Assembly (NCBI GenBank): GCA_036172245.1
Contig: JAYWIR010000002.1
Location: 992,001-1,056,000 of the forward strand
Origin: Raillietiella orientalis
Taxonomy: Eukaryota
Direction: 5' to 3'
DNA: 64,000 bases
Under the pieces are notes generated by a model. That model searched no databases and was not told the origin of the DNA. It saw only the letters and a program-made list of their open reading frames with translations. Position numbers and translations under genes: made by a program. Numbering within the stretch: position 1 is the stretch's first letter; each line of letters opens with the position of its first letter. Below are positions 12,668 to 25,449 of this stretch, in pieces.

Positions 12668-15621
12668 TTGTGTTTTGTTGTCTCCGCCAAAATTGAAACC
12701 GGTGTCAAAAATTGGCGCACTGTAGCAGTCACGTGATCAAAACGCGAGAGCAGGCATTTTGCACTCGGCAACAGGTACACCTACGATGCATGTATACGCA
12801 ACCGGAAGAAAATAGTAGAGAGTAGAAATAATGGATCGCATCGTACGAGAGAAACGAAATCATCTTGTCGTTTCCTGGAAGAAAGCAGCTGTTTTCCAAA
12901 ACATGAATATGGATGCATGAATATGGCGTTGTTCTTGCCACTTTGTCGTCGATCTTTCTGGGGGGGGGGGGGGGGGATCAGGCAAGATGCAAGCAGGCAC
13001 GGGAACACCAAGAAGCAGTTTCACGAACGAAACGAAGACTTTCCTCCCTGAGATCCGACGAGGATCCAGCCTGTTAATGGAGCTCGCATTCCAGCCATCT
13101 ACCTATCAACCTCTGCTTCCCGAAGAGAGAATGGCGAAACATCCGCGGGAGCGAGGCGCCTCTGTGTGAGGTTCCCCTGTTTTGCGGCACACGCTGGTCG
13201 GAACGGCTGGCGGTGAAACCTGGGATAATGGAGTGGGGCGATTTGAGAAGCTTCCTCTTCCATCTGAGATGTTCGGCTCGCAAGTGCTTGAGTTTTTCGT
13301 GCAGATCCATTTGGTCCAGTTCCCTCACATCGTGAAGGCATGGAAACCAAGTCCCAAAGGAATCCCAGTTCTTCGGCTCCAAAGACAGAGGGCGAGAAGT
13401 ATTGCAAGAGAACCACTTTCTATTTACGCTCATTATCTTAGATGGCGTTGAATGCTGACCGAAAAAAAAAAAAAAAAAATCGCGGACGAAGAGGTGCTGT
13501 GAACTCGAAACGGGAAGAATCGTCGTCATGATTCATCCCGTTTCTCCATCCCTATCCGAGCACCATCTCAAGCATGTCTCAAAGTGTAAAGGAGAACTTG
13601 AATTCCCAGAACTCCAAACTAACTTCTTCACCGTTGCTCCAAGTCCTACAGGGAAGTGACAAGAGAACTACCGAAGTTGCATCTCCTTCGGGAGCTTTCA
13701 CTTCCTTTCTGCATCATCCACTAAGGAAGGTAAGGGGCTCACAAGAGATGCGAGGGCAAAGTTAAGGGAGAGAGTTCTCCAGGATGTCGATTCGAGCTTT
13801 TCCGTCTGCCGGTTTTTAGGGAAGCGCAACAGAATGATGAAATGCCTTTCTTTTGCTTGCTTTCGCCCCATTCCTCTGACTGTCAAAATCTCTAGAGAAG
13901 ATTTCGGAAACTCGCTTCTGCACCTTGGGCTAGAGCCTCAAACTGTTCCGCTTCTGGATTGCTGCTCGGCGCGCATCACCAGGACAGGTTCGCGGTATCG
14001 AGGGACGTGAAACTGGAGCAAAGCAGGCAGCTGAGGCGAGCACATGGACGGGAGAACAAAAAGGTGTGGGGATGCCCGGTTCGAGTCTGGCAGAGAAGCG
14101 TCAGGATGTGTATAGACCTTGGTAACAGGCAGTCGATGATTAAATTGTCCTACAGTAGCTCACTAGCGATCAATTACGCAGAGAAAGATGCAAATCAATC
14201 GCACTTCTTTGCTATGAAGACGGGAAACTTCAAAGCAGCCTCCCCGCAAACTCACGAAGCGGCACGCATTCCCAGAATTCGAGGGGAACAATGGGACATA
14301 AAATCATGCCACGTCCAAGTGCTAAATACCAACGTCAAAGACGCGAGTGAGAGAGTCTGGGCACCAGGTTCGTTATGCACTTGTGCACCGTGCGAATCGG
14401 AACACAAACACGGGAGCACGGAACTTGTCAGGGGAACAGGCTTCCCATGTGGAATGACCTTGGTCGCCTCTGTGATCCAAGATTCGTCACAGAAGGATGG
14501 AGAGCGAAGCGTCTCTCGGAGCGTTTCCGGTACTTCGGTTCGGATCTTTGGGAACGGGTCGGAAAAACGGACAGGGGGAGAGGAGGATAGTTTTGTGGAG
14601 ACACTGAGATCGCAGGGAAGCGGTTCACTGCCGCCGCCACCACAGTTCGCCGCGCACTTGTGGTAAGCATCAGGACTACTCCTCACAAGAGCTCGCTCAC
14701 GAAAGGAGGAGGGTCCTCGGGGAACAAGATTGAAAACCTTCGCGAAAGAGTTTCCGAACGCCAGAAGCAGCTGCGAATATCTTTCGGGCACTTGAAATTT
14801 CGAGACCGGATTCTTGAAATCGCAGCATCAACGTCCTCATTTTCCTTCCTTTGCGAGACCAGGACGTCTTTTTGAGTACTCGACTGCAAGCAGGAAGACC
14901 AAAAGCAGTAGGGATTCCAGACGAGAGCTCCGACCCCGCAATGAAACATTTGCATGGCATTTTCATAAGATTCCCACATGATATTTTTTTTTTATCCTTT
15001 CAGGACTGCAGTTACAACCATTAATTTTTAATGCATCATCTACCTTCGGGCTACGCCCTCATCCCTTAAGCAATAGCAATAAAACTCATTAATTAGTCTA
15101 ATGCTACGTACTTTTTGATAACGAAGGTTAAGCCAAGGCGGCACGGTTACTGGCAGTCAATCCCCTCCTCCCCAAAATCCGGCAGAAAAAAATTATTTAT
15201 CGGAGGACCTACTCATAGACTGGTGCCTGTAATGTCGACTACAATGTAAGTAACCATCTGATCATCCACTGCAAGCTCTTTTGGAAGCGGCGGTTTCAGA
15301 GAAGCAATAAACAAGTCTGCTTTACGACTTTCGTCTTCCTAGAATCGGAGGAGCTACGTGCCAGTTCGGTCCCTAGTGATTCAGAGTTGACCACCAGAAC
15401 TGGAAATAGTGAGCACGTCGTCTTTATACGTGCCGAACAATGCGGAGAAGGATCCGAGCGCTCAGGTTTATTTTCCTTCGTACAATAGGCAGTCATTCCT
15501 GATCATTTAATTGCCGAACCTATTACCCTTGATGTTTCCTCCGGGTATTGGAGAGCTAATAAGGAGTACTGCTCGTTAAATATGGCAAAACACAAATACG
15601 TGCTCGCACACACACGTACAT

Positions 15622-15623
<2 letters not shown>

Positions 15624-15664
<41 letters not shown>
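15624..15664. repeat. (AC)n microsatellite
   Basis: Direct reading. Confidence 0.97.
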
Positions 15665-15667
<3 letters not shown>

Positions 15668-15998
15668 GAATCTCATTCGTCACGTGATCTCCCCTCGTGT
15701 GGTAAAAGAGAGCCGTCTGCTTTCTGAAAGAGAAAATCAAACACTGTGAGGATTTCCCAAGCCGGCCCTCCGCAGCACCAGAACATGAACATGGGGTCAG
15801 AGAATGCCGATCTACTGCTATCCCTTCTGAACAGTTTCGGAAATCAAAGCGCAGCACGGCTCCCTCGAAGACGTGCCCAGGCGCATCGTCGATTGCCACG
15901 TCCAACCCAATGGAGGGTGCAATGCAAACAGGGCGTCCAGACTCCGTTCGGAGGACTCATGGGCGAAGGGATGTAGGATGTCGGCTTCGTGGTGGTGC

Positions 15999-16025
<27 letters not shown>
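15999..16025. repeat. (AG)n microsatellite
   Basis: Direct reading. Confidence 0.95.
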
Positions 16026-16035
<10 letters not shown>

Positions 16036-19000
16036 GGGAGCACTTGCAGCATCTTTGCGTCGCAAGTCACTTTTGCGACCGAGTGCTGGTGAAGAGCGAA
16101 GGATCAATAGGACTTTGAGAGGATCTCTCTGCCTCGTACTGGTGGTGTCAACGCAAGGAGCACATGGAATGCGTGCTCCTCACACGCGAGATCTCACGCT
16201 GGGTGGGACAAACAGCCTCTCTTTGTAAAACAAAACGTGCCGTCCTTCTTGATTACGTTTTGATGCATAAAAAATTGAATTAAGTTATGAATGGGGCTCC
16301 AAGCAATCAAGAGGAAGGAGGAAAATGATACGAGCTCCAGAGCGCAAGAACCGTACGCGACTCTGCAAATCCAGATTCCTTCCCTTCATGAAGCCATCGC
16401 CGACTCTGCTATCGGTGGAACATCTGATGGGAAACATATACCCAGAGGATTCATCTTTACAGCCGAAAATCAGGGCGCTGTTTCCTATTTCTCTGCCACA
16501 ATCCTTCGCATTGTATTTGATTTTATTCCTCTTTCAGAAAGAGTAAATGCGCCGCTATCAAATTTTTTTATTGATTTCCTCTGCCGTGAACCGTAGCTTA
16601 GGCTGAGTGCTGGTTGTTTTGGTTTCATATTCAGGGAGCGTCCACTGGTCGTCACGATCAAGTAATGTGAAAGTGGTCGGCTCTCTGGCACGAACCGCCA
16701 TCTTGGGCATATTTCTGAATTCCCGTCTGCAGTCTTGAAGCAGTCGCAACTTGCTTGCAACATCTCACATCTATCGTAGGGCGCGCTGCACCCTTCCTGG
16801 AGCTGTTCCCGCTTGAAAATCACAGGGATCGCTTTGACGTAACAGATGAGCAGCGGCAATTCGATGAACTTTCATTATTTATTCATCTCGTCCTGGAAGT
16901 GTTTCGGCGGAAAGAGAAAAGAAATGAAAAATATCGCCGATAGGTCTGTTAATCAGTTTAAAATTCACTAACGCTGCTCTCTATCAGAATGTTCTCCAGA
17001 GTTTCGAAATTTGCTTTCAGAAAGTACGACGGATTTTCGACAACGGAGGATGCCCAAGTTGTGAGGATATGACTCATATAAGAGCCAAACGAGAGGAAGA
17101 AGGTATATGGGTAAGCGTTAGGATGAACACCGCGATCGGAGATGTTTCCTGCCATCCAGATGGACGCGATGTTCAAACTCCCGCAACGGGGAAACTGTCA
17201 AGTTCACCGACGACGCTTCGAAACCTATGGTGATCGTCGGCCGAAGAGACCACGGATCTCCTGAAAGTCCGCGGCTTGAAGGCCTTTCCTGTGCTTCTTG
17301 GACGCGTTTTGCAGCTTCCCGCGCGGTTCTCAAAGCACACAAGAAGCTCCAATAAAATCGAAGGAGAGGAGTACCTTCCAAAAGTTTGCATGGTGAAAGT
17401 TCCTTCAATCAAATCAGTGCAAAAAGGCAGCAGCATCGAAGAGAGTCAGCGTCGAATAAAGGAGAAATGCTTCTTCTTCCTTGTGTGCCGTTCCGAGAGA
17501 AAAAAAAGGAAACATCAAGCCGTACCAAACGTTTCTTCATCTTTTATTCTCTTTCGCGAGCCATCTCAGCAATTGGGCAAAGCGCATCCAGAAATTAGTG
17601 AAATTTATGTGAGCACTTCACTTTTCGTTTGTGTATTAAAACCAGGAACACGTTTACGTTTAGGTTCGCATCCTTTATTTACATATTTTATCCACTTCCT
17701 AGGTTGGATCCGCACTCTCGTGCCTGGAATGTCAATACTTCGAAGAGTTCTAGAATTATAATTTTTCTTGTAGTTGCAGACTACGGTAAGGAATGCTAAT
17801 ATTAGGTACTCTTGGGCACGACATGACTTCAAGCTTCGAGATGATCAATTCCATCCAGTTATTTTCGTGATTCGGGAACGACATGGAAAAGCAAATTTTT
17901 CGTCTCCTCCGCTAGGAATGCATTTTCGCATAAAGTAAACGTCCCATTAGTTATGCGATGGAGCCGACCGTCTGAATCTCGGAAAAGGTTCTCTGGAAAA
18001 GGTACGCTGGAGGGAGAAATCCTGTTTTGTGGAGAAGAAAGGCAAGCCACAAGAGCGCAGCTCAAAATCCACCGAACGATTGGGTGCATTAGGATCACAA
18101 AGGGTGCACGAAGGCAAAATCAACAAACCCGGGCTTCCAGGAACCAGGAAGCACTCGTTTCCTCAATTCGGAAGAATCTCAAACTGGTCTCCTGCTTCTT
18201 TCTGCGTGGACTCGCTGAGATTTAGGTCGCATTTTATTCACGCCTGTGTTTCACGAATGAGGTGCCGGGAGGTACAACCAATGACAGGGGAATTCCCCAA
18301 CATGTTCGCCGTCTCGACGTTCTTTCCACGTCAACCCCTATTCGAGACCGAGACTGTGGTCTCAAGAGGATTTCTTCATTTCCACTGTCCTAGAAGCACC
18401 AAGCAATCTGTGGAACAAAATCTCCATTATCATCCATCATGAATCAGCTCCGGAATGGGAGAACTGAATCCTTCCTCCCGATTTCAAGTTCTCCTACCCA
18501 CCGAAATGCTTTGGGGATCTCCGGAACAAGAATGCTTGACAAATTTTATCCATACTGATACTTCAGAGACATAAAAGCATCTTGGTGTATTCACGAAAGG
18601 TGATAACTGCCGAGAGCAAAACGATCTTGTACAACAGCAGATGCTCAAACAACACAGAGGTGCCACTTCCGTGTTGGCCACCACCATGTTGGCAGCCTGG
18701 CTTCCAGCCAACGCGAGTCCGGTGGTGGGTGTGGTGGTTGTGGTGAGTGACGCTTCCGCTGCGAGTCACCTTGTCATCTCGTCAGAGACAGCACCCCCAA
18801 AGAACACGCTACTTGCACGATTCCCGCCAGTCTACTCGTGTTCTCTTCCTATTTTTTTCTTTTTTTCTTTTTTTGCCATCATCCACAGAATTACCCTTCT
18901 CCTGGGCGCTTCGATTCCAACCGACGAGGCATTTCATGAGATCAAAGAGCACTGCAAGAGCGGCCCAACGGTACATGGTAAGCATCTGTTAGGTACAGGA

Positions 19001-21643
19001 TGGCGATAGTTGGCATCCTTAATTTTGCTGAAAGGATGCTGCATCGAAAAGCCAGCAAACAGAACCTCCCTCCGTTCCGGAACTTCAACTCTGAACGTAG
19101 GTTGCTTCCAGCTGGGTCTCACAGGGAAAATCTTCATCTAATGATCTGGAAGCCAGCAGCAGAGTTCTCGGCGACGCGCCATTTATGAGTGCAATCGAAG
19201 ATTCGAAAAGCAGAATAAGCACTATTGATTAATCACGGGCATACCCTGCCCTCCCACTTCCTCAAGTTGTAGTGGGGATCCTAATTAAAATAAATGAATT
19301 TCGACAAAATGGGATGCGCATCCGCGCCGAACGGTGACCAATGGCAGGCAACAAGCCTCCGAAAAATATCTCATCTCCAGCTGCAAATCACCCTTGAAAC
19401 AAACACTGCGAAATCACATTACCGAAAGTTGTTTTGAGATGGAAGCGCGACGTGTCAAAGGGATACGCTGGGAAGAAAAACACAAGAATTATTGTCATTG
19501 ATACGGAAATTTCTATCAGGGAGTCATCGGATCATTTCAGAAACATCTGCTACCAACGGGGATTATTAAGATTCCAGTTGCGTTTATCCCAGGGAGTCTG
19601 TTATTACTGATAGACAGAATGATTAGAGATCTGAATAATCTAGAGTTTGAGGGTCAGAACGTCGGCCTGCTCTGAAAGAGACTCTTAAATGCTAATTTTC
19701 TCTTCAGATTGGTAATTAGAAAATCTACCATATTCTAGGAGATGCCTCGGCAGCGGGACTTCAAAACATCCTGCTTCACCTGCTTTCAAGCTGAATCAAA
19801 ATAAAGAAACGTCTTCCGAGGGTGAGAGTTTCCTTAGGTTCAGATCTGTTCAGATCTCATGTCGGCCGTCAGGAAAAGAATCTTGCCTTAATGAATTATC
19901 GGAAAGCGTCTTCGAGGTTTCATAACGCAGGTACATCACGGTAAAAAGGCTTTGGGTTGGAGTTCACTCACAAGAATTATGGACCTGTAAGAAACCGATT
20001 CTATATGAGTCTTAGGGGGTCATAAATAAAAACTACACACCGGCAATTTTACAAAAAAAACACTATAATTAACAACAAACTCTGTTCTCTCATCTGTGAA
20101 CAAGACTACCGACCTACAATGGATCGAAGAGGCTCTGGGCGCAGCATCAGGGTGGAAATCTTTGCCAGGCTGTTGACTCATTGACAGGAGTTGGCAAATG
20201 CAGACACGGGAACGGATTAAAAATCTTCAATTCAAGATGGCGTCCGGAGCAAAGCGGAAATTTCCCAAATGAAGGGAACCACGAGCGCTCTGGATGTGGC
20301 TGGAGCCAGTGGCCAGTCTAGCCTTCCTCCAGCGTAGGGTCCAACTATGCCTATTTTCTGCTGACACGGTCTCCGATGCCGTGCAAGATGGACTCTCGAA
20401 TTCTCGTCTGCATGCTCTCCTGCACCACGATGAAGGAGCACCTCGACGTGTTTTTGCCCGGAATGCTTCGTGGGCTATGAAATCGGTACTTAGCGGATTT
20501 GTGCAGAGCCAGGTTGGCGTTTTCAACTCCGTCCTCCCACGGAAGGAGACGTCCAATCTTGTTCAATGATGGGGAGTCTATTATTCGATCTTGCGAGCAG
20601 CTTTCGATAACTGCCTCATTCCATCGTGACACCCTGCTACTAGTGCCGTGAGGTGCGACGGCTATGAAGAGTTTCATGGCCGATCTGGGAGAAAGACGGT
20701 TGTGCACAGATTCATGGGAAGAATAGGAATGGAAACCAGTCTACGGGAACCCCGTTCCTGCAACAAAACGTGAGATGGCAAGACGCATCTGTCCTGATTT
20801 CTCCAGACCTTCGACTCCGATGCCACCGTGGAGAAACATTTCGCCGTCCGAGGAAAAAAAAAAAATATTTTTAGACGGAAGAAGTTCCAATCCCAATTAA
20901 CTTCTTTGAACTCACCGCCCGATAACGTTGAATACATGTTAATATCCGAATGCAATAGAAGAGTAAGTGGATGGAGAAAAGGCATGAATCACAAAGCAAC
21001 GCTCGAATAGCACCGTTGCTGGCAACTGAATTGAGGACTGCACTTCGACTTTTCGGTTGCAGTCCATTGAGATCATTCTACTTACTTTCACACATGCGAG
21101 TACAGCCTCAGAAGCCCAGACACGCTTCGAAGCCAAGACAAATGAGTAATGCATTGGGGACGGAAGTCATGCTAGTCTTAGGAACCGTTGAGGACAATGA
21201 CAAAATGCATCTCAAAATGGCTGATACTTTTACTGCCAAAGAAATCGATCGAGAGGAAGCAGAAATTCTCCATTTTCTATACGAACTGTTCCTTCCTCCT
21301 CACGTCTTTTTCGCGCAACATGAGGGTATATTTCTTCTACCGTCAAACTTGAAAAATGGAAGATTAATTGTTACATTAGTAATAATGAGCGTACAGTGAT
21401 CCATCAGTCAAAGTGCCAAAGTTTTCTGGACAGCACGGATGCTTCCAGATTCGTTATTTGTTTTGATTGCCTATCGACGTTCCAGCTTATTTAGTAATGC
21501 ATCTTTCTCATCCCGAGAGGGTTTAAGAGATCCTTCTTGCGCTGACGTTTGATTGAAACGATATCCTACGATCTTTGGTTCGATACGACAGGTCAGCAAG
21601 GACATGGAAAACCCCGAAGAACAATCTGCTTTTTTTCCTCTTG

Positions 21644-21647
<4 letters not shown>

Positions 21648-21689
<42 letters not shown>
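21648..21689. repeat. (AC)n microsatellite
   Basis: Direct reading. Confidence 0.97.
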
Positions 21690-21690
<1 letters not shown>

Positions 21691-24406
21691 AAGAGTCCAG
21701 AGTTCACTGTTCTGTGCTTAATCGCCGCCGCACTTCGGATGCCTCGATTTGTCTTTCGTTCCATTTATCTTAAACACTAAACTTGCTCCTCGAAGGAAGG
21801 AGGAGGGAACATAGTTTGCAAGCTATTGAAGCAGTGATGAGAGTGCCTGAGATGAGATGGCGAACAGCTTCAACATGAGATCCACGCTCTCGCACACATC
21901 CGTCAAACCGAGCCTACAATAATAAGATTTCATCATTGTGAGATGAAAATGGAAAAAAAAAGAAAAGGAAGGATTCCAACCAATCCGTCTGTTTTTCATC
22001 ACCGTTTATCCCGTTCACTTACTGTTACAATTAATTAAGAATGTGTGGAGATGCAGATTGTCTATCTCCAGATGGAGCTGTACGAGTATGTGGCGAAGCA
22101 AACAAGAAAGATTTTTTTGCGTCTTTGAAAACTTTGGAGTGAATCCCAACAGTTTCTATGACGATCCTTTTTTCATCTACTATTTCTGAAGCCTCGCGTG
22201 TTTGCAAATTATTTTTCGTTGAATTCTGTGAATCTAGGGGGAAAGAGAATATAGAATAACTTGCCAAAAATAAAACATACTCATGCACTTCATCGATGAC
22301 AAGATTTGGAACGTCTTTGCAAAATCTTGGAGAAGAATGGAAGGACATAAAAATCAGCAAGCAACAGTAGAACGTGTAGGTTTGAGAAGGGAAAACAGTC
22401 AGCTGAAGAAGACTTTGAAGGCGAAACAGCATTAGGTTTCGCTCTTCCGTTGCGATTAGCAACGATCAAGAAGCACGATTTCATACTTCTTAAGCTTCCG
22501 GTTTCCTAGGAAAGAAACCGATATGAAGAGCGCAGCGAACTCAAAAAGACCAACAACCAGTCGTAGGATGTCATGAGGACTGAAAAAAAAGGAACTTCCT
22601 GTTAGACGTAAACGGCGAACATCGATCAAGTGCCGATCTCAGATCCCACCTTCTGCGGTCCGTGAAAGCACATGAACTGGTGGCGGAGTCTGCAAACGAG
22701 ATCTAAGATCTCTGCATCAATTTCAGCACTAATTATTCTCTTCAGATTCTTGCGTATTGCAGACTCGTGGGTGCCACATTCCTCATGCTAACAGTGAAAG
22801 GCATCAAATAATTCTACTAGTAAATAAGTAAAACTGATAGAAGGCAATTTGATGCGGATTTCCTTTCCCACAACGCTGCAGAAAACAAATGGTACATGAC
22901 AAGGAAGGCGCCATGAGAAACTGCGCCCCGATTGGCATAAACCGCATGGAAAAACGGGGAAAAATGAAAAGGCGTCAGAATCCGTGAGCCTGCAGTTGGG
23001 AATCAGACGAAATCAAAGCCGCAGCCTCATGCTGCCCCAGATGAAACTCAGCAAGGATGCGGCAGTTCCTCCCGACTCGGGACTGTCTCAAATGCAAAAC
23101 TTGCGTTCCCCGCGTACACGCGAATGCATCACTTCACGGAGAACATTTAGCCGGTGGGGAGACCTCGCACTGTTTTTACGTGCCATTGGACAAAAAACTG
23201 CAGAAGAACAGAGAGGGCGGAAGGCAGCAGCCAAAAGGAGCGATGCTCAAGGGGAGTCGAAGGGACACGGGAGATTTAGATGTGCACACGAGGAAACTGA
23301 AACGAGCCACGGAGTGAGCGATCCGTTTCACCAAAGACGAAGCATCCAACAACACAAAAGGGGCAGAAGAACTGTGTTAGCAATCGACCCTCGAGATTCC
23401 ATGGGTTCGCGCGCAGAAAGGAACAGATGCGCGCAGCTTCCGTATCAGAAATTCGGAGAATGAGAACTGTGTGACCACACGTCGCAGGAGAAGCTTGGGA
23501 ATCCTTCTTCGGGGTCCTCCTTCTTTCTCCACGTAAGCCAGCCGCAAGGTGAGGAAATATCAGTCATCATGTATCGTGGGGTCCTCAAACTTTTGCTGGA
23601 GAGCCGATCGTCAAACGAGAAGACCGAGTTAGTAAGGAAAGGATCCAGAATGAAGGTTACACGGGCGTAAACGCGATCCGAGCACCATCTTTCCGAGGAG
23701 GTAAAGCTGAGCTCCGTCCTCCTGAGCGGAGAAAGTTTCGGAAGCGGGAGACCATTAGGCAGACAGCAAAAAGGCGTAATTGTACTTGAAGAGCAAGAGG
23801 AAAAAACATCGGTATCTTTCAGTACTCGAAAACGACGGCGCTGAAGCGCAAAACGGAAGTCGGATGCAGACTTCGCGACGCTGATCACTAGTCAACGTGC
23901 TTGGGAAGGATCATGAGAAATCATGGGATCTGTCGAAGCAAATGGAAGCCAATGATGAATCGCAACTAAGTGGAGTTAGCGGTGGGGGAATCGATGCAGC
24001 AGCAGCCCAGACGGGGAAGAAGAATTTGCGCTGTTTCGTCGAGCATCCGGGTAAAACGGGTCGAATCGAAATGGGGGTGGAAGCTGGATGATGAATCTCC
24101 CGAGCTCTCCTGAAGAGCTATGTGGCGCTCGTTGCTGGAGAAGGATCGGCTGGTGACTCACACATGTCGTGAGCTGGATTCACACAGAAGATTCTCCGAG
24201 GGATCCTCACGTTCCAACGAACCCTTTCACCCTCTTCAACTGCCAATCCAGAAATCTACGGAAGAATCCGGAAAGGATCTGATCTCTCCTTTCTCGGCAC
24301 GACGTTGCTCCAGATAATAACTCTCTCTTCGCTCCCTAAAGTGCCCTGTCTGCATGTTCCCATACCAGCGTAATGAGATGCTCATACGAAACAGGAAAAG
24401 GAGCTC

Positions 24407-24437
<31 letters not shown>
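24407..24437. repeat. Interrupted (TG)n microsatellite
   Basis: Direct reading. Confidence 0.93.
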
Positions 24438-25023
24438 CTGAGTGTTTTTTGTTCCCGACAAGAGCGCGGCGACGAAAGCTGCTTTCGTTCCTACGGGCTC
24501 GCGGCGCCTTGCGTGCACCCGCAGCTGAAGGTCCTCAGGCCGATTTCAGGACAATGTGTGCTAAGTCGTGGAATCCTTGTCGTGCACGTGCGCTGGGCGG
24601 ACCAGACACACTATCCAGAAACGGGAAGGCAGGCCAGTCCGGCTAACGGGGAAGCACGGCGAGGAGGAAGCCGAGCGCGCGGAAATGCGGACTGGTGAGT
24701 CGGTCTTTCTCAAGGCGCGTCTGCGAGGCATTTCCGTCTTTTTCTTGTTTTTTGGAGAGGGAGGAAAGCGGAGGAACGGAAGGGGGGAAGGGGTATCGCG
24801 GATTCTCGAGCTAGGATACCTTTTCCCGCTCCTTTGGTTCTCCGGAAAGAGTCGGAGGAGCGACTTCTCCTGGTGAAGAACGGAGGAATGCTCCAGCAGC
24901 TTTCCAAGACGGACTCGTGAAGAGTCGTGCTCCTCCTACGCAATGGTGCACTTCCGCGAATGATCTCCATCATCCAGGGCCTATTATCTAATTCTCCTAA
25001 AAGACGAGAAAAGAAACGGTGGC

Positions 25024-25054
<31 letters not shown>

Positions 25055-25449
25055 CATCTATCCGCCATCTCATTTTGATTTTTTTTTTCTAAAAAAAAAA
25101 TTATCTTGAGCACCCGATCGACTGAGATGCTGACTGTTGCGATCCGCCTTGCCTCCAAGTGCTACGCCTCTCTCCTCTCCACCTCTTCCTTTTTCTCTTC
25201 CCGTAATTCACGAATTAATAAGCAAGATTGTTTGTTTCTGATGCAGGCTCCAATCGTTAATACGAAAGCAAAACTAAGAGTTTCGGACCCTGATTAATTC
25301 GCCAAAGAAGTGATCTGCGAGAAAGCAAAAACCACCACCACCACCACCACCATCATCATCAACAAAACAACAACAAATGCACAAAGAAGTGCGTGCTTTC
25401 GGGCGGTCGGCTGGGTCTCCTGGAAGCTACTCCGGCCTGAGTTTAAATT

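Larger units (their letters stand above)
11900..20100 (+). mobile_element. Near full-length degenerate LINE (ORF1 relic plus EN, RT, zinc motif)
   Basis: Weak ORF1-like cues: LGSVL and PRASLCV at ~12550-12640, FCTRQQVH zinc-knuckle-like at ~12757. ORF2 cues: FQD ~14998 (LQE); LYVPNN 15424 (VYAPN); FNC ~15506 (GDFN); SPRLEGL 17266 (SPGxDGL); KVN 17932; KGTLEGE ~17998 (RGLRQGD); MFAVSTFF 18302 (LFADDT); KHLGV 18575 (KYLGV); VGILNF ~19010 (LGIxD); RC..TSKH/CFTC 19740-19784. Confidence 0.75.
20200..25200 (-). mobile_element. Degenerate LINE ORF2 relic (EN end, RT, C-terminus)
   Basis: SHQPILL...PFRF at 24160-24060 (SDHxPI...PFRF); DSPESGG...FIW at ~23090-23035 (KSPGPDG...W); KNLKRIISAE at ~22770-22725; ORF 22031-22462 has PSQTYTF, VLFLASYSIF and KKSFLF (PLSPYLF, LLFADD..F, NxxKS); SWTLRWRKAR at ~20345-20318. 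Confidence 0.72.

Noticed and set aside
17021..17110. Plus-strand exon-like segment KVRRIFDNGGCPSCED... with a good acceptor and gtaagc donor (superficially Spt4-like)
   Set aside because: Isolated, lies within the LINE ORF2 linker just upstream of the SPxxxG motif, and has no partner exons.
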